Below are positions 54,346 through 63,374 of a stretch of 64,000 nt of DNA, in pieces. The stretch lies in sequence record MN882349.1; one strand, written 5' to 3'. Below the pieces are notes generated by a model. It saw only the letters and a list, made by a program, of their open reading frames with translations, was not told the origin of the DNA and did no database searches. Both the position numbers and the translations under genes were made by a program. The stretch is from Escherichia phage Ec_Makalu_003. Positions within the stretch are counted from its first letter, which is position 1. Each line of letters opens with the position of its first letter.

Positions 54346-57288
54346 ATGGCAGATTTAAGCAGAATCCAATTTAAACGTACTAGCACTAAAGGCCGTCGAC
54401 CTGATGCTGGTACGATGAATCCGGGGGAATTGGCAATCAACCTTGCGGATCAATATCTTCTTACTAAAAATGATTCCGGCGCTATTATCAATTTAAGTTG
54501 TCCTCCGGTTTATGACCGTGATGTTACAATGGCGGGTAAGGTTAAAGGAAATAATTATATTTTAAGTAAAACCGCCAATTATCTGGAAGACCAGACAGCG
54601 AGAGATCTTAACTACTTTGGTGCTTTCCGTACCAATAGTCTAGATGGACTCATGGATCTAACCCTTAACGTTCCTCACTCTTCCGGTAAAGCGCATGGTC
54701 GAGGATTTACTTTCCGTTATGGGACTGGCGGATCTCGTGTTGAAACCTATGGTTTTGATGTTCAGGGACAAAAAGCATTTAGTTATAAAATGTATCATGA
54801 AGGGGATAAACCGACTCCCTCAGAATTGAACGTTTATAGCAAACAAGAAGTTGACCGTATGTTTGTTAAAACCGTTAAACTTGCTACAGTTCCTGTTGAT
54901 ATCGTTGACGGTTATTTTAAATTAGCAACTGCATTGATTCCGCAAAACGGTCGTAGTGTATTTTTCCGTATTCATGGTGGTAACGGATATAACGTTACTG
55001 CATACGATCAAGTTGATATTGTAGAAATTGTTATTCGCAGTGGAAATAATCGTCCTAAAGGTGTTAACGTTATTGCATACCGCCGAAATACAAACAAAGC
55101 ATTTGATGTTTTGGCTGTTAATACTTCTGGTGATAACTATGATATCTACGTGAAATATCAGCGTTACACTGATAACGTTATTGTTGAATTTGGTAAAAGT
55201 GTTGATGTTGATCTGGTGGTTCATGACGTTCCAGACTTTGTTGTTGATCGTCCTGTTGGTGATAATGTTATTGGCGGTCGCGCGGTAACTCTTTTTAACA
55301 CCGAAAACAAACGAGGTGTGTTGAGTTTTGACGATAACACACAAAATAGTTATGATATTGTTCACTTGAGTAATGATAAAGGTACTGGAAGGAAATATAT
55401 TCGTAAATTCCGTAGTAACTATAATGAAATGATCTGGCATGAGACGGTTCAAGGTTCCAGTTATCGACTCGCCACGGGTAGTACAGATGCTCAGGAAATT
55501 ATAACTATTGAATCTAGTAGCTCAATTGCTGGAACTCATAAAGGTAATATTATTTCTGGTCGTATGCTGTTAAATGGCGGATCTAATGCCATTACACTAC
55601 GCCGACCTGCTGGTCAGTCTAATCATATCGCTTTTCAGGATAACCGCACCGGAGATATTACTCGTCAAGGATGGATCGGTTATGCAAACGCTGATACTAA
55701 CGTTTTTGAATGGTATAGTGATGTAGGCGGTAGTTCTATTCGTCAACATATTGACGGCCAGATAGAACTTCAAACTGGCAATATGAAGCGAGTTTATACT
55801 AACGCTCAATTCATCTCAATGAATAGCGACGCCTACCGTATGCTCTATGGTAATTATGGTGCATTCTGGCGTAATGACGGCGTTAAAGTTTATCTTCTTT
55901 CTACTGCCGAAAATGATAAATTGGGCGGATGGAATACTTATCGTCCATTCATTTATGATTTAACTTCCGGTAACGTTCAATTAGGTGGTGATGGTAACGA
56001 AGATGCATTAACTTTAGAATGTGCTTCTCGTGCCGCTCGCTTTAGTAATGACGTTTACATTAAGAAAGGGCATTTGACTTTCGATGCTGGTCGATTAAAT
56101 TCTCGTGATTACTTCCGGTTTAACCATTGGGGTGATAGCAATAACGCCCGTGATAACATCCTACAGCTTGACGATAGCAAAGGTGCACACTTCACCACTG
56201 AACGTACTTTAGCAACTGGTGCGATTAGAACTAAATTCTTCGGTGATTTGGAAGCTGCTGGTCAAATTAAATGGGGTAAAGGGACCGCCGCATCTACGTT
56301 TACTCTACGTGTATGGGGTAACGATAGTCGTAAACAAATATTTGAATGCGGCGATGAAAGCGGGTGGCATTGGTATACCCAACGCGCTGGCGGTCCAGAT
56401 ACTTCTGCAATTGAGTTTGCCATCAACGGTACTGTTAAGCCTCAAGCAATTCACACTGGCGGTAATATCACTATCAACGGTGCTGATATTGAGTTTAAAC
56501 GCACTGGCAATAAGCACATCTGGTTTAGAGACCCGAACGGTTTAGAGTTAGGCTTGATGTACTGCGATGATGCTGGTGCTATTCGCTTCCGTGGTCAGAA
56601 ACAAGCCCAGGCGTGGAAATTTGCAGATAAAATGATCCAGTTGGAATCTGGCACTGTATCCGGTGGCGGTAATGGCCTGATTCGTGGTGAAGTTGCTGGC
56701 GGTAGTTGGGCTAGCTGGCGTGACCGTGCTGCTGGCCTTATGGTTGGGTGTCCTCAATCCGTTGATTCGGCACATAACGTATGGAAAGCGACGCATTGGG
56801 GTAAATATCATATCGCAGCAATGGGTGTACATGTTCCTAGTGGTACGATTACCAATGCTTTAGCTCGCCTAAACGTTCATGACGCTAACTTTGACTTTAG
56901 CGCCTCCGGTGACCTGTCGGTAGGGCGTAATGGTTCGTTTAACGATGTTTATATTCGTTCTGATGCTCGCCTTAAAATCAACAAAGAAGAGTATAAAGAG
57001 AATGCCACCGATAAAGTTAATCGCTTGACGGTATACACCTATGACAAGGTTAAATCTTTAACCGACCGCACTGTCATTGCTCATGAAGTTGGTATTATTG
57101 CTCAGGATCTTGAAAAAGAATTGCCGGAAGCAGTAACAACTTCTAAGGTCGGCGATCCTGATAAGCCAGAAGAGATCTTAACAATTTCTAACTCTGCTGT
57201 CAACGCTCTTTTAATTAAGGCGTTTCAGGAAATGAGCGAAGAATTGAAAGTCGTTAAAGCTGAACTAGCGGAACTTAAAAAGAATTAA
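54346..57288 (+). CDS. 37: long tail fibre distal subunit gp37 with C-terminal intramolecular chaperone domain
   Basis: N-terminus MADLSRIQFKRTS...GELAINL matches T4 gp37; the last 110 aa (56959-57288) begin with SDARLK, the autoproteolysis motif of S74-type chaperone domains. Confidence 0.9.
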   Translation: MADLSRIQFKRTSTKGRRPDAGTMNPGELAINLADQYLLTKNDSGAIINLSCPPVYDRDVTMAGKVKGNNYILSKTANYLEDQTARDLNYFGAFRTNSLDGLMDLTLNVPHSSGKAHGRGFTFRYGTGGSRVETYGFDVQGQKAFSYKMYHEGDKPTPSELNVYSKQEVDRMFVKTVKLATVPVDIVDGYFKLATALIPQNGRSVFFRIHGGNGYNVTAYDQVDIVEIVIRSGNNRPKGVNVIAYRRNTNKAFDVLAVNTSGDNYDIYVKYQRYTDNVIVEFGKSVDVDLVVHDVPDFVVDRPVGDNVIGGRAVTLFNTENKRGVLSFDDNTQNSYDIVHLSNDKGTGRKYIRKFRSNYNEMIWHETVQGSSYRLATGSTDAQEIITIESSSSIAGTHKGNIISGRMLLNGGSNAITLRRPAGQSNHIAFQDNRTGDITRQGWIGYANADTNVFEWYSDVGGSSIRQHIDGQIELQTGNMKRVYTNAQFISMNSDAYRMLYGNYGAFWRNDGVKVYLLSTAENDKLGGWNTYRPFIYDLTSGNVQLGGDGNEDALTLECASRAARFSNDVYIKKGHLTFDAGRLNSRDYFRFNHWGDSNNARDNILQLDDSKGAHFTTERTLATGAIRTKFFGDLEAAGQIKWGKGTAASTFTLRVWGNDSRKQIFECGDESGWHWYTQRAGGPDTSAIEFAINGTVKPQAIHTGGNITINGADIEFKRTGNKHIWFRDPNGLELGLMYCDDAGAIRFRGQKQAQAWKFADKMIQLESGTVSGGGNGLIRGEVAGGSWASWRDRAAGLMVGCPQSVDSAHNVWKATHWGKYHIAAMGVHVPSGTITNALARLNVHDANFDFSASGDLSVGRNGSFNDVYIRSDARLKINKEEYKENATDKVNRLTVYTYDKVKSLTDRTVIAHEVGIIAQDLEKELPEAVTTSKVGDPDKPEEILTISNSAVNALLIKAFQEMSEELKVVKAELAELKKN

Positions 57289-57328
57289 GGAAACTCCCAG
57301 GGAAGGGAACTACTAAGGAGAAACGGCT

Positions 57329-57568
57329 ATGGTCTATAATATCGTCATTGGTGCTTTGTCTAATTTCGGAATGAAATTATTGTCAAAGTTAATTAGTGAA
57401 AAGATGCTCACTAAAATTTTCTTCTATTGCGCTCGTCGTCTTGCGGCTTATACCAATACGCCAATTGATGATCGTTTTGTGGAAGAACTTTATAAGGAGT
57501 TTAATAAAGATCAGTCAGAAGATAGTAACGAGCAAGATAAACCTAGTGATAGTCAACTACCTAAATAA
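57329..57568 (+). CDS. small hypothetical protein (79 aa) at the position T4 uses for gene 38
   Basis: ORF with AAGGAGA RBS; hydrophobic N-terminus, acidic C-terminus; no gp38 similarity. Confidence 0.45.
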   Translation: MVYNIVIGALSNFGMKLLSKLISEKMLTKIFFYCARRLAAYTNTPIDDRFVEELYKEFNKDQSEDSNEQDKPSDSQLPK

Positions 57569-57601
57569 GAGTACACTGTCATAGTTATCTTAGGGCATTA
57601 T

Positions 57602-58258
57602 ATGCAAGTTTCTGAAAAAGGGAAAGACTTTGCTATCTCAAATGTCCTGCGCGCTATTTTCACAACTAAAAGCACGGAGTTGCTCGTACTTCGTGTTTTT
57701 GCTGCCGTCGTGTTGTCCATATTAGCATTTGTCGTTTATAGTAAAAACGAGTTATTCGCGCTTTATAAAGAGACTCGTTATGAGACTTATGCTCACATTC
57801 TCCAGGTAGAGAAAGACCGCAATTTTGATAATGCAGCACAGGAGCAGTTACAGATAGTTCATGTATCGGCTGATGCCGATTTTTCTGCTGTTTTTAGTTT
57901 TCGTCCGAAAAACCTAAACTATTTTGTTGATTTGGTGGCATATGAAGGAAAGCTACCGCATACAATCGATGAAAAAAATTTAGGCGGATTCCCTATCAAT
58001 AAAACGAGTGAAGAATATCGTAGGCATCTTTTAGGTAAATCATATTTTACCGATAAAGATTTCCAGTATATTCCATCAAGAGAAAAGAAATTAGAGAATA
58101 TCGATATAGGTTTCATGTATTCTTGTCCTATATTCAATCTCGATAATGTCTATTCTGGTAGTATCGCCATTTCATGGAAGAATAAACCGGATATTGACAT
58201 TGAGAATTTAGATACTCTTTGCAATCAATCTGCCAGAATCCTCGGAAGGATTAGATAA
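57602..58258 (+). CDS. t: holin t
   Basis: 218 aa alignable to T4 holin T (EQLQIVH.S.DADFSAVFSFRPKNLNYFVD, YMYSCP.FNLDN, ARILGR). Confidence 0.9.
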   Translation: MQVSEKGKDFAISNVLRAIFTTKSTELLVLRVFAAVVLSILAFVVYSKNELFALYKETRYETYAHILQVEKDRNFDNAAQEQLQIVHVSADADFSAVFSFRPKNLNYFVDLVAYEGKLPHTIDEKNLGGFPINKTSEEYRRHLLGKSYFTDKDFQYIPSREKKLENIDIGFMYSCPIFNLDNVYSGSIAISWKNKPDIDIENLDTLCNQSARILGRIR

Positions 58259-58263
58259 ATTAA

Positions 58264-58296
58264 AGGGGAAGCCTTTCGGCCTCCCCTTCTTTTTTA
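58264..58296. terminator. hairpin plus T-run between convergent genes t and 58294-58542
   Basis: GGGGAAGCC...GGCCTCCCC imperfect stem followed by T-run on plus strand. Confidence 0.55.
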
Positions 58297-58542
58297 TTGG
58301 CGCATAGAAGCCCCTGAATCGCATTTTGACGCTGTATGATGAAAACAGGTAGCGTACCAGTCATCGGCTTGTTTGTCTTCGTCAGAAAACGCGTAATTTC
58401 GTTGTATGCCGTTTTCTACTTTGACCAGTGCAATAGCTGTTTCTGGAAGATCAATTAATCTGACAAAATCACCATCTTCCCACTCTACACGAGCAATATC
58501 ATAGCCCATCTCAAAGTATACAATCGCTTGTTCTAGTTTCAT
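58294..58542 (-). CDS. hypothetical protein (82 aa)
   Basis: ORF with RBS; no recognisable AsiA similarity. Confidence 0.5.
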   Translation of the reverse strand: MKLEQAIVYFEMGYDIARVEWEDGDFVRLIDLPETAIALVKVENGIQRNYAFSDEDKQADDWYATCFHHTASKCDSGASMRQ

Positions 58543-58850
58543 TTTGGAAACTTCCCGTAAATGTTTTCTGCCAGCTTACGTGCATCGATGATAATGTCAT
58601 TCATGCTATGCCCGTAGTGTTCAGCCATTGACATAATACAATCAACAAAGAAATTATATCGGCAACGATTCAAGATTTGCTCTTTGCTGTAAACTTCATA
58701 CTTGACGGTCGCGTGTACTTTCTCGATTGCCTTAATCGCTGTATTGACTTCACTGATAATGGTTTTCGCATTGTATGCACCACGACGGATCAGGATTTGA
58801 GTCAATTCTCTTGCAATATCTTGCATTTCTTCATATTCATGTTCAAGCAT
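58539..58850 (-). CDS. hypothetical protein (103 aa)
   Basis: Start MLEHEYEEMQ with GAGAGG RBS; track ORF starts at an upstream TTG. Confidence 0.5.
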   Translation of the reverse strand: MLEHEYEEMQDIARELTQILIRRGAYNAKTIISEVNTAIKAIEKVHATVKYEVYSKEQILNRCRYNFFVDCIMSMAEHYGHSMNDIIIDARKLAENIYGKFPK

Positions 58851-58874
58851 AATTAACCTCTCAAAATACAATAC

Positions 58875-59207
58875 TTACAGATGAAAACCTGTTACGATCA
58901 CCGCGTCGATCATACCGCTAGGGATAAACGGTTCACCCTCTTTTATCTCAACTTTGAATTGATGCCATTTCGCTAATACTTCTTCCGGTACACCCAGCGA
59001 TTCGGCATCTGCTTTAGTTTCATCCATAATCCAGCTAGGCTGCATGAGAGCATAGTTTACATAGTCCATTTCTGGGGTCATGTCATCAATGTTAATATAT
59101 TTGCAGTTGACGCGTTTCAGAATTTCAAATTCTTTTTCATCAACCTGTACCATGTATAATTCAGTAGTTTCTGGAATCAGTTCCCACACAATCAGTACAT
59201 TTTTCAT
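58875..59207 (-). CDS. hypothetical protein (110 aa)
   Basis: ORF with GAGGTG RBS. Confidence 0.55.
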   Translation of the reverse strand: MKNVLIVWELIPETTELYMVQVDEKEFEILKRVNCKYINIDDMTPEMDYVNYALMQPSWIMDETKADAESLGVPEEVLAKWHQFKVEIKEGEPFIPSGMIDAVIVTGFHL

Positions 59208-59215
59208 AGTTCACC

Positions 59216-59584
59216 TCACTTAACAAAGATTTTCTTTAATGCTTTCAGGATCGTTGCTTCCGGCGCTTCTTCCGGTGGAGGAAGCAATTCTACCACTTCC
59301 TCTTCCAACTCGATATAGTCTACCAGATATTCTACATAGAATGCAAGTGCTTCCATGAAATTAGATGCTACATCCGATTCACCACAAGCGCCTACATGCA
59401 TTGTATAAACATCACTGCGATCAAGTTTGTGGATGCTTCCCAGATAGTTCCGGTTATACCAGACTTCCCACACTTTCAGTTTTCCGGTTTTAGTTGCTGT
59501 CTTATAATCTGTTTCGTAGTGGTGCAGTTGACGTTGCAGATCATTGATAATAACACATTTTTCGTAATTGTTTTGAATTTCCAT
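59216..59584 (-). CDS. hypothetical protein (122 aa)
   Basis: ORF with GAGGAT RBS. Confidence 0.55.
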   Translation of the reverse strand: MEIQNNYEKCVIINDLQRQLHHYETDYKTATKTGKLKVWEVWYNRNYLGSIHKLDRSDVYTMHVGACGESDVASNFMEALAFYVEYLVDYIELEEEVVELLPPPEEAPEATILKALKKIFVK

Positions 59585-59594
59585 GATGTAATCC

Positions 59595-59786
59595 TCACTT
59601 ATCGTTAAGAAGTTCTAAAACTTTCTGTCGTACTTTGTCAATATTAGTTGACTCAAATACTGTACGGTATCCCCAACTTTGACCGTATGATCGAGAGCAA
59701 TCCCCGTATCCCCATTGTTCAACCTGATAGTATTCAAGGAATGGGTGTTGCCGAACTATGATACCATCGCGATTAAAAATTACCAT
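59595..59786 (-). CDS. hypothetical protein (63 aa)
   Basis: ORF with GAGGAT RBS. Confidence 0.5.
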   Translation of the reverse strand: MVIFNRDGIIVRQHPFLEYYQVEQWGYGDCSRSYGQSWGYRTVFESTNIDKVRQKVLELLNDK

Positions 59787-59809
59787 AATATAATCCTCAC
59801 GTCAACAAA

Positions 59810-60088
59810 CTATTTTCGGTTATACTTCTGCCACTTTCGGTAATACTGCTTGTAATGTTGTTTAATGTTTGGCGGTTCGTCACTATACATGTTATCAACC
59901 ATCATGTCAATAAGACCCTCCGGTGTTTGATAGCTCCCCGCTCGAATAAGTTCCTTAATTAAAAGATCTTGCGTCGCTTTATACTCTACAATAACAACTG
60001 TCTTTTCTGCCTTTCCAATTCCGATCTGGTCGTTAGCTCTCATAGCATCCCACCAGTCTTTTTTAAACTTCATGTTATTGAATTGCAT
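59810..60088 (-). CDS. hypothetical protein (92 aa)
   Basis: ORF with AAGAGG RBS. Confidence 0.55.
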   Translation of the reverse strand: MQFNNMKFKKDWWDAMRANDQIGIGKAEKTVVIVEYKATQDLLIKELIRAGSYQTPEGLIDMMVDNMYSDEPPNIKQHYKQYYRKWQKYNRK

Positions 60089-60099
60089 AATTTAACCTC

Positions 60100-60858
60100 T
60101 TACTTGCAAACGTATTGATCTACATCAATTGCGCCACCGAATGTAGGATGACGTTTTTCAAATCGAATAGTTCCGTCGTTTGGTTCGAAAACGGAGTATT
60201 CATATAGATCTTTCTTGCCAACATTCTTATAAAACCCGCCTTTAGTCATAACGGTTTCTTGTACGTTTGCTTTGTGTACATTGTATTCATCAATGTACAC
60301 AAAATCAACCATCTTCCCATTTTTAATAGTTACTTTAAGATCCCCTGGCTGGTTTCCATATTTTGCATACAGTGGAGATTCTTTAATTTTGGTGGAAATT
60401 CCATCTTTCATACTCCACTCATAACGAACGGTGCATTGATAGGTAAAAGTTTCGACCTTCGGTTCTTCCACCACTTTTGCTTCCTGTTTCGGTTGTTCTT
60501 CTTCAACCTTCGCAGAAGTCTCTGAATCGCTTTCTGACGCTGTTTCTTCTTTGGGTAATACATTCATCAAGTTTTGGATTTGAGCGTTGTATACAGCCTC
60601 AAGTGGCTGAATCTGCCCTATATTGATCATTGTATCACGAACAGTTTTATTCCAGTTGCGTTGCTCTTGTTTCAGAGACGGATCAATCTTAACAGCCTTA
60701 ACATATACTTCATGAAGTTTAGAATCAAGTGCGGAGATTGACTCGTTAGCACAAATAAACTTCTCTGATTTGGTGGTAGCCTTAGTGCAATCAAAGGACG
60801 CAGCATTAGCACCGATGGCAGTAGCAGAAAGAAAGATAGCAGCGATAATGTTTTTCAT
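60100..60858 (-). CDS. secreted DUF1311 (LprI-like lysozyme inhibitor fold) protein
   Basis: Signal peptide MKNIIAAIFLSATAIGANA; FDCTKA...EKFICANE...LDSKLHEVY...QRNWNK matches the DUF1311 pattern; 252 aa. Confidence 0.6.
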   Translation of the reverse strand: MKNIIAAIFLSATAIGANAASFDCTKATTKSEKFICANESISALDSKLHEVYVKAVKIDPSLKQEQRNWNKTVRDTMINIGQIQPLEAVYNAQIQNLMNVLPKEETASESDSETSAKVEEEQPKQEAKVVEEPKVETFTYQCTVRYEWSMKDGISTKIKESPLYAKYGNQPGDLKVTIKNGKMVDFVYIDEYNVHKANVQETVMTKGGFYKNVGKKDLYEYSVFEPNDGTIRFEKRHPTFGGAIDVDQYVCK

Positions 60859-60892
60859 AATATATTCCTCAATGTCTTGTCTTGATGGGAGT

Positions 60893-60921
60893 ATCTTACT
60901 ACTCCCTTAATCCGGTGTCAA
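60893..60921 (-). promoter_or_regulatory. early promoter cassette (TTGACA-17-TAAGAT)
   Basis: Minus-strand elements upstream of the DUF1311 gene. Confidence 0.6.
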
Positions 60922-60928
60922 CTACTTT

Positions 60929-61084
60929 TTAAATTTCTTCTACAGTAAAGTCTTCAATGTTGTTGTGCTCGGAGAACGTTGCCAGACCAGCATTCCATGC
61001 ATCATCCTCAGAGAAGAATACACCGTAACGTTCATATCCTTTAGCGCCTTCAAATTTAATCATTAATTTGTGAGTATGTTTCAT
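60929..61084 (-). CDS. small hypothetical protein (51 aa)
   Basis: ATG with GGAGAATCAA RBS behind a GGGGATCACCGATCCCC-spacer promoter cassette (about 61110-61146). Confidence 0.4.
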   Translation of the reverse strand: MKHTHKLMIKFEGAKGYERYGVFFSEDDAWNAGLATFSEHNNIEDFTVEEI

Positions 61085-61153
61085 TTTGATTCTCCATCGT
61101 TGTCTTGATGAGTTTAGTATAGGGGATCACCGATCCCCTGTCAACAACTATTT

Positions 61154-61366
61154 TTAATTTTTACCCACGCGTAAATTAATGCGCATTTTCTGCATAGCCA
61201 TGATCTGGTTTACTGCTTCTTCTTTACGCTCTTTCGTGATAATGTGACCAGATTCCGCAAACGCTCCCGCAACTTCTTCTACGATCTCGCGAACTTGAGA
61301 ACGTCCAAAGATGCGATTTCCTTCGTAGCTCATAAACTCGGTTACTACTTGCTCAATAGATTTCAT
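61154..61366 (-). CDS. hypothetical protein (70 aa)
   Basis: ORF with AGGAGAATCA RBS behind promoter cassette. Confidence 0.55.
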   Translation of the reverse strand: MKSIEQVVTEFMSYEGNRIFGRSQVREIVEEVAGAFAESGHIITKERKEEAVNQIMAMQKMRINLRVGKN

Positions 61367-61435
61367 GTGATTCTCCTTCTTTCGTTTCGGTGTGGGAGTA
61401 TGTTAATACTCCCGTTTCTTTACATCAACCAGTTT

Positions 61436-61678
61436 TTAGAAATTTTTCGCTTCTTCTTCGGTCATCATAACCGCGCATTCGTGCATAACTTTGAAAACCG
61501 GATCAATCATGTCGAATGCCTCGCGAGACAATTTACGAGAAGCGATTTTGATTGCTTCAACGTCTTCTACTACAGGAACAAAAACAGTTTTCAGTTCATC
61601 GAGCACAGCAGCTTCTTTTTCATTCAGGAAGATTCCAGCGTCGTACAGTGCAACTTCGATAACATTAACTTTAACCAT
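61436..61678 (-). CDS. hypothetical protein (80 aa)
   Basis: Start MVKVNVIEV with GGAGGAAAT RBS behind TTGACG-17-TATTAT cassette. Confidence 0.55.
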   Translation of the reverse strand: MVKVNVIEVALYDAGIFLNEKEAAVLDELKTVFVPVVEDVEAIKIASRKLSREAFDMIDPVFKVMHECAVMMTEEEAKNF

Positions 61679-61741
61679 TTTTATTTCCTCCAGTTCGTTT
61701 CGGTATGTGAGTATAATACTACCGATGACCTTTGGCGTCAA

Positions 61742-61942
61742 CTAGTTTTTGTTATTTTCGTGAAAATTTTTCGTCGCCTCATGTGCTTTTCGCTGGGCTT
61801 CTTGTTGTGCTTGCTGGCGTGCTGCCTCTTGTGAAGCCATAACGGAAGCATTTGCAGCAGTTACAGCCGCTACCATCGCTGCGGTATTAGCATTTACAGT
61901 ACATGCACTAGCCAGCAAAGCAATTGCAATCATTTTCTTCAT
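61742..61942 (-). CDS. small secreted protein (66 aa)
   Basis: N-terminal signal peptide MKKMIAIALLASACTVNA, Ala/Gln-rich mature part. Confidence 0.5.
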   Translation of the reverse strand: MKKMIAIALLASACTVNANTAAMVAAVTAANASVMASQEAARQQAQQEAQRKAHEATKNFHENNKN

Positions 61943-62109
61943 AGTTTCCCCTTTAGGTTATCTTCGACCTTCATCCATTCCGCGTATTCTTGCGCAGCTA
62001 CTTTCGGATTTAGTCCGTCTTCGTACATTGCATCGAGTAATTCTTCGTCGGTGGGCTTATACCCTAGATAAGCCTCCACCTGATTTTTCCAAATTTTATA
62101 CCAGTTCAT
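61939..62109 (-). CDS. small hypothetical protein (56 aa)
   Basis: Start MNWYKIWKNQ (ATG at 62109); track ORF begins at an upstream TTG. Confidence 0.45.
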   Translation of the reverse strand: MNWYKIWKNQVEAYLGYKPTDEELLDAMYEDGLNPKVAAQEYAEWMKVEDNLKGKL

Positions 62110-62113
62110 ATTA

Positions 62114-62386
62114 TCACCAATCAAGAGCGCGTGTCTCTGCGTCTTCCCATGCTTGATCCATTACAGCCTTAAAAACATACTCTAAGGTATCATCTTTAGA
62201 GAATCCGAAGACTTTAGACGGAATATCTTCGATTGCCACTCCCGCAACTTCTGCATTACGCGCTTGGCAATAATGCAACTCTAAGTTATCGAGATAGCGA
62301 CCGCCTAATTTCTCCATATCGTCCCAACATTTCCAATAACCGACTTTATCGGCAATTGCTAACACTTTGCTGTTTTTGTTGCTCAT
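62114..62386 (-). CDS. hypothetical protein (90 aa)
   Basis: ORF with AAGGAGAATCAA RBS behind promoter cassette. Confidence 0.55.
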   Translation of the reverse strand: MSNKNSKVLAIADKVGYWKCWDDMEKLGGRYLDNLELHYCQARNAEVAGVAIEDIPSKVFGFSKDDTLEYVFKAVMDQAWEDAETRALDW

Positions 62387-62453
62387 CTTTGATTCTCCTT
62401 TTGTTTGGTGTGGGGAGTATTTTACTACTCCCTTGTTCTGGTGTCAATAGACT

Positions 62454-62660
62454 TTATTTGATTATTTCAAATTTTGCTACCGGATCACCATTTCGTTTGG
62501 TTGCAGTAAGTTGTTGCTTGTCAAAGTAAAACCAAATATAGTCACCATGAACTACATCAAATGTATTTCCGCTATTGTCCGTGAATGCATCAACATCATA
62601 ATCACACCCGACACTAAAGCTATAATTGATGTGGTCGGTTTCAATGCAACGTACTTTCAT
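62454..62660 (-). CDS. hypothetical protein (68 aa)
   Basis: Start MKVRCIETDH with GGAGAATCAA RBS. Confidence 0.5.
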   Translation of the reverse strand: MKVRCIETDHINYSFSVGCDYDVDAFTDNSGNTFDVVHGDYIWFYFDKQQLTATKRNGDPVAKFEIIK

Positions 62661-62734
62661 TTTTTGATTCTCCTGTTGTTTCAGTTTGGGTGTATTATGC
62701 AATGTTTGATTATGGGAGTCAACAACTTTTCAAA

Positions 62735-62762
62735 TAAAAAAGCCGACCACAAGGATCGGCTT
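62735..62762 (-). terminator. rho-independent terminator downstream of 62772-63167
   Basis: AGCCGATC...GGTCGGCT hairpin then U-run on minus strand. Confidence 0.6.
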
Positions 62763-62771
62763 AATAATCAA

Positions 62772-63167
62772 TTACTTACTAAATTTCTTTTTGGCTTCGT
62801 CTACTGCATGAGATGCTAGTACCGCTGCCGCATGTGCACTTTTATCTGTGTTACAGAGAACACCCAGATAAACATCACGCCAAAGTTTAATCATCTCGTA
62901 GATCATATCAATATCATTTTCTTGTTTGTTGGCGATGCTATTCGTCGTTATCTGGTAAGGCAACGGTTTGATCTGTACTGGTTCCGCCATCGGGCTAATC
63001 GGTTTCGGATCGGTCATAATAGGTTCTGTTGTCGGTGATGTTTTCCATACGCCATTATCCCACGGTTTAATCGTTGTATCGTACAGTTTATAAGGATTTT
63101 TGTCTGGATTAACCATCCATGCATGATGATTACCCAAACCATTTGCAGTGATGCGTCGTTCAGTCAT
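62772..63167 (-). CDS. hypothetical protein (131 aa)
   Basis: ORF with GAGAGGAAAT RBS. Confidence 0.55.
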   Translation of the reverse strand: MTERRITANGLGNHHAWMVNPDKNPYKLYDTTIKPWDNGVWKTSPTTEPIMTDPKPISPMAEPVQIKPLPYQITTNSIANKQENDIDMIYEMIKLWRDVYLGVLCNTDKSAHAAAVLASHAVDEAKKKFSK

Positions 63168-63170
63168 AAT

Positions 63171-63374
63171 TTATTTCCTCTCTGATAATTCTTTCATCAA
63201 GCTGTCGATCTTTGCTCTGTGTTCTGGCGTGTTTGTCATCTCTGCTAATTTGCTCAGAGATTCACTGGTGATCCGGTTGGATTCTTCCAGTGTTTCAACG
63301 ACCATTGGCACAATCTTTTTATTTTTGTACACAAATGCAATATAACCGCCTTCTGGATACTCTTTCATAATCAA
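63171..63374 (-). CDS. hypothetical protein (67 aa)
   Basis: ORF immediately downstream of the partial gene. Confidence 0.5.
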   Translation of the reverse strand: MIMKEYPEGGYIAFVYKNKKIVPMVVETLEESNRITSESLSKLAEMTNTPEHRAKIDSLMKELSERK

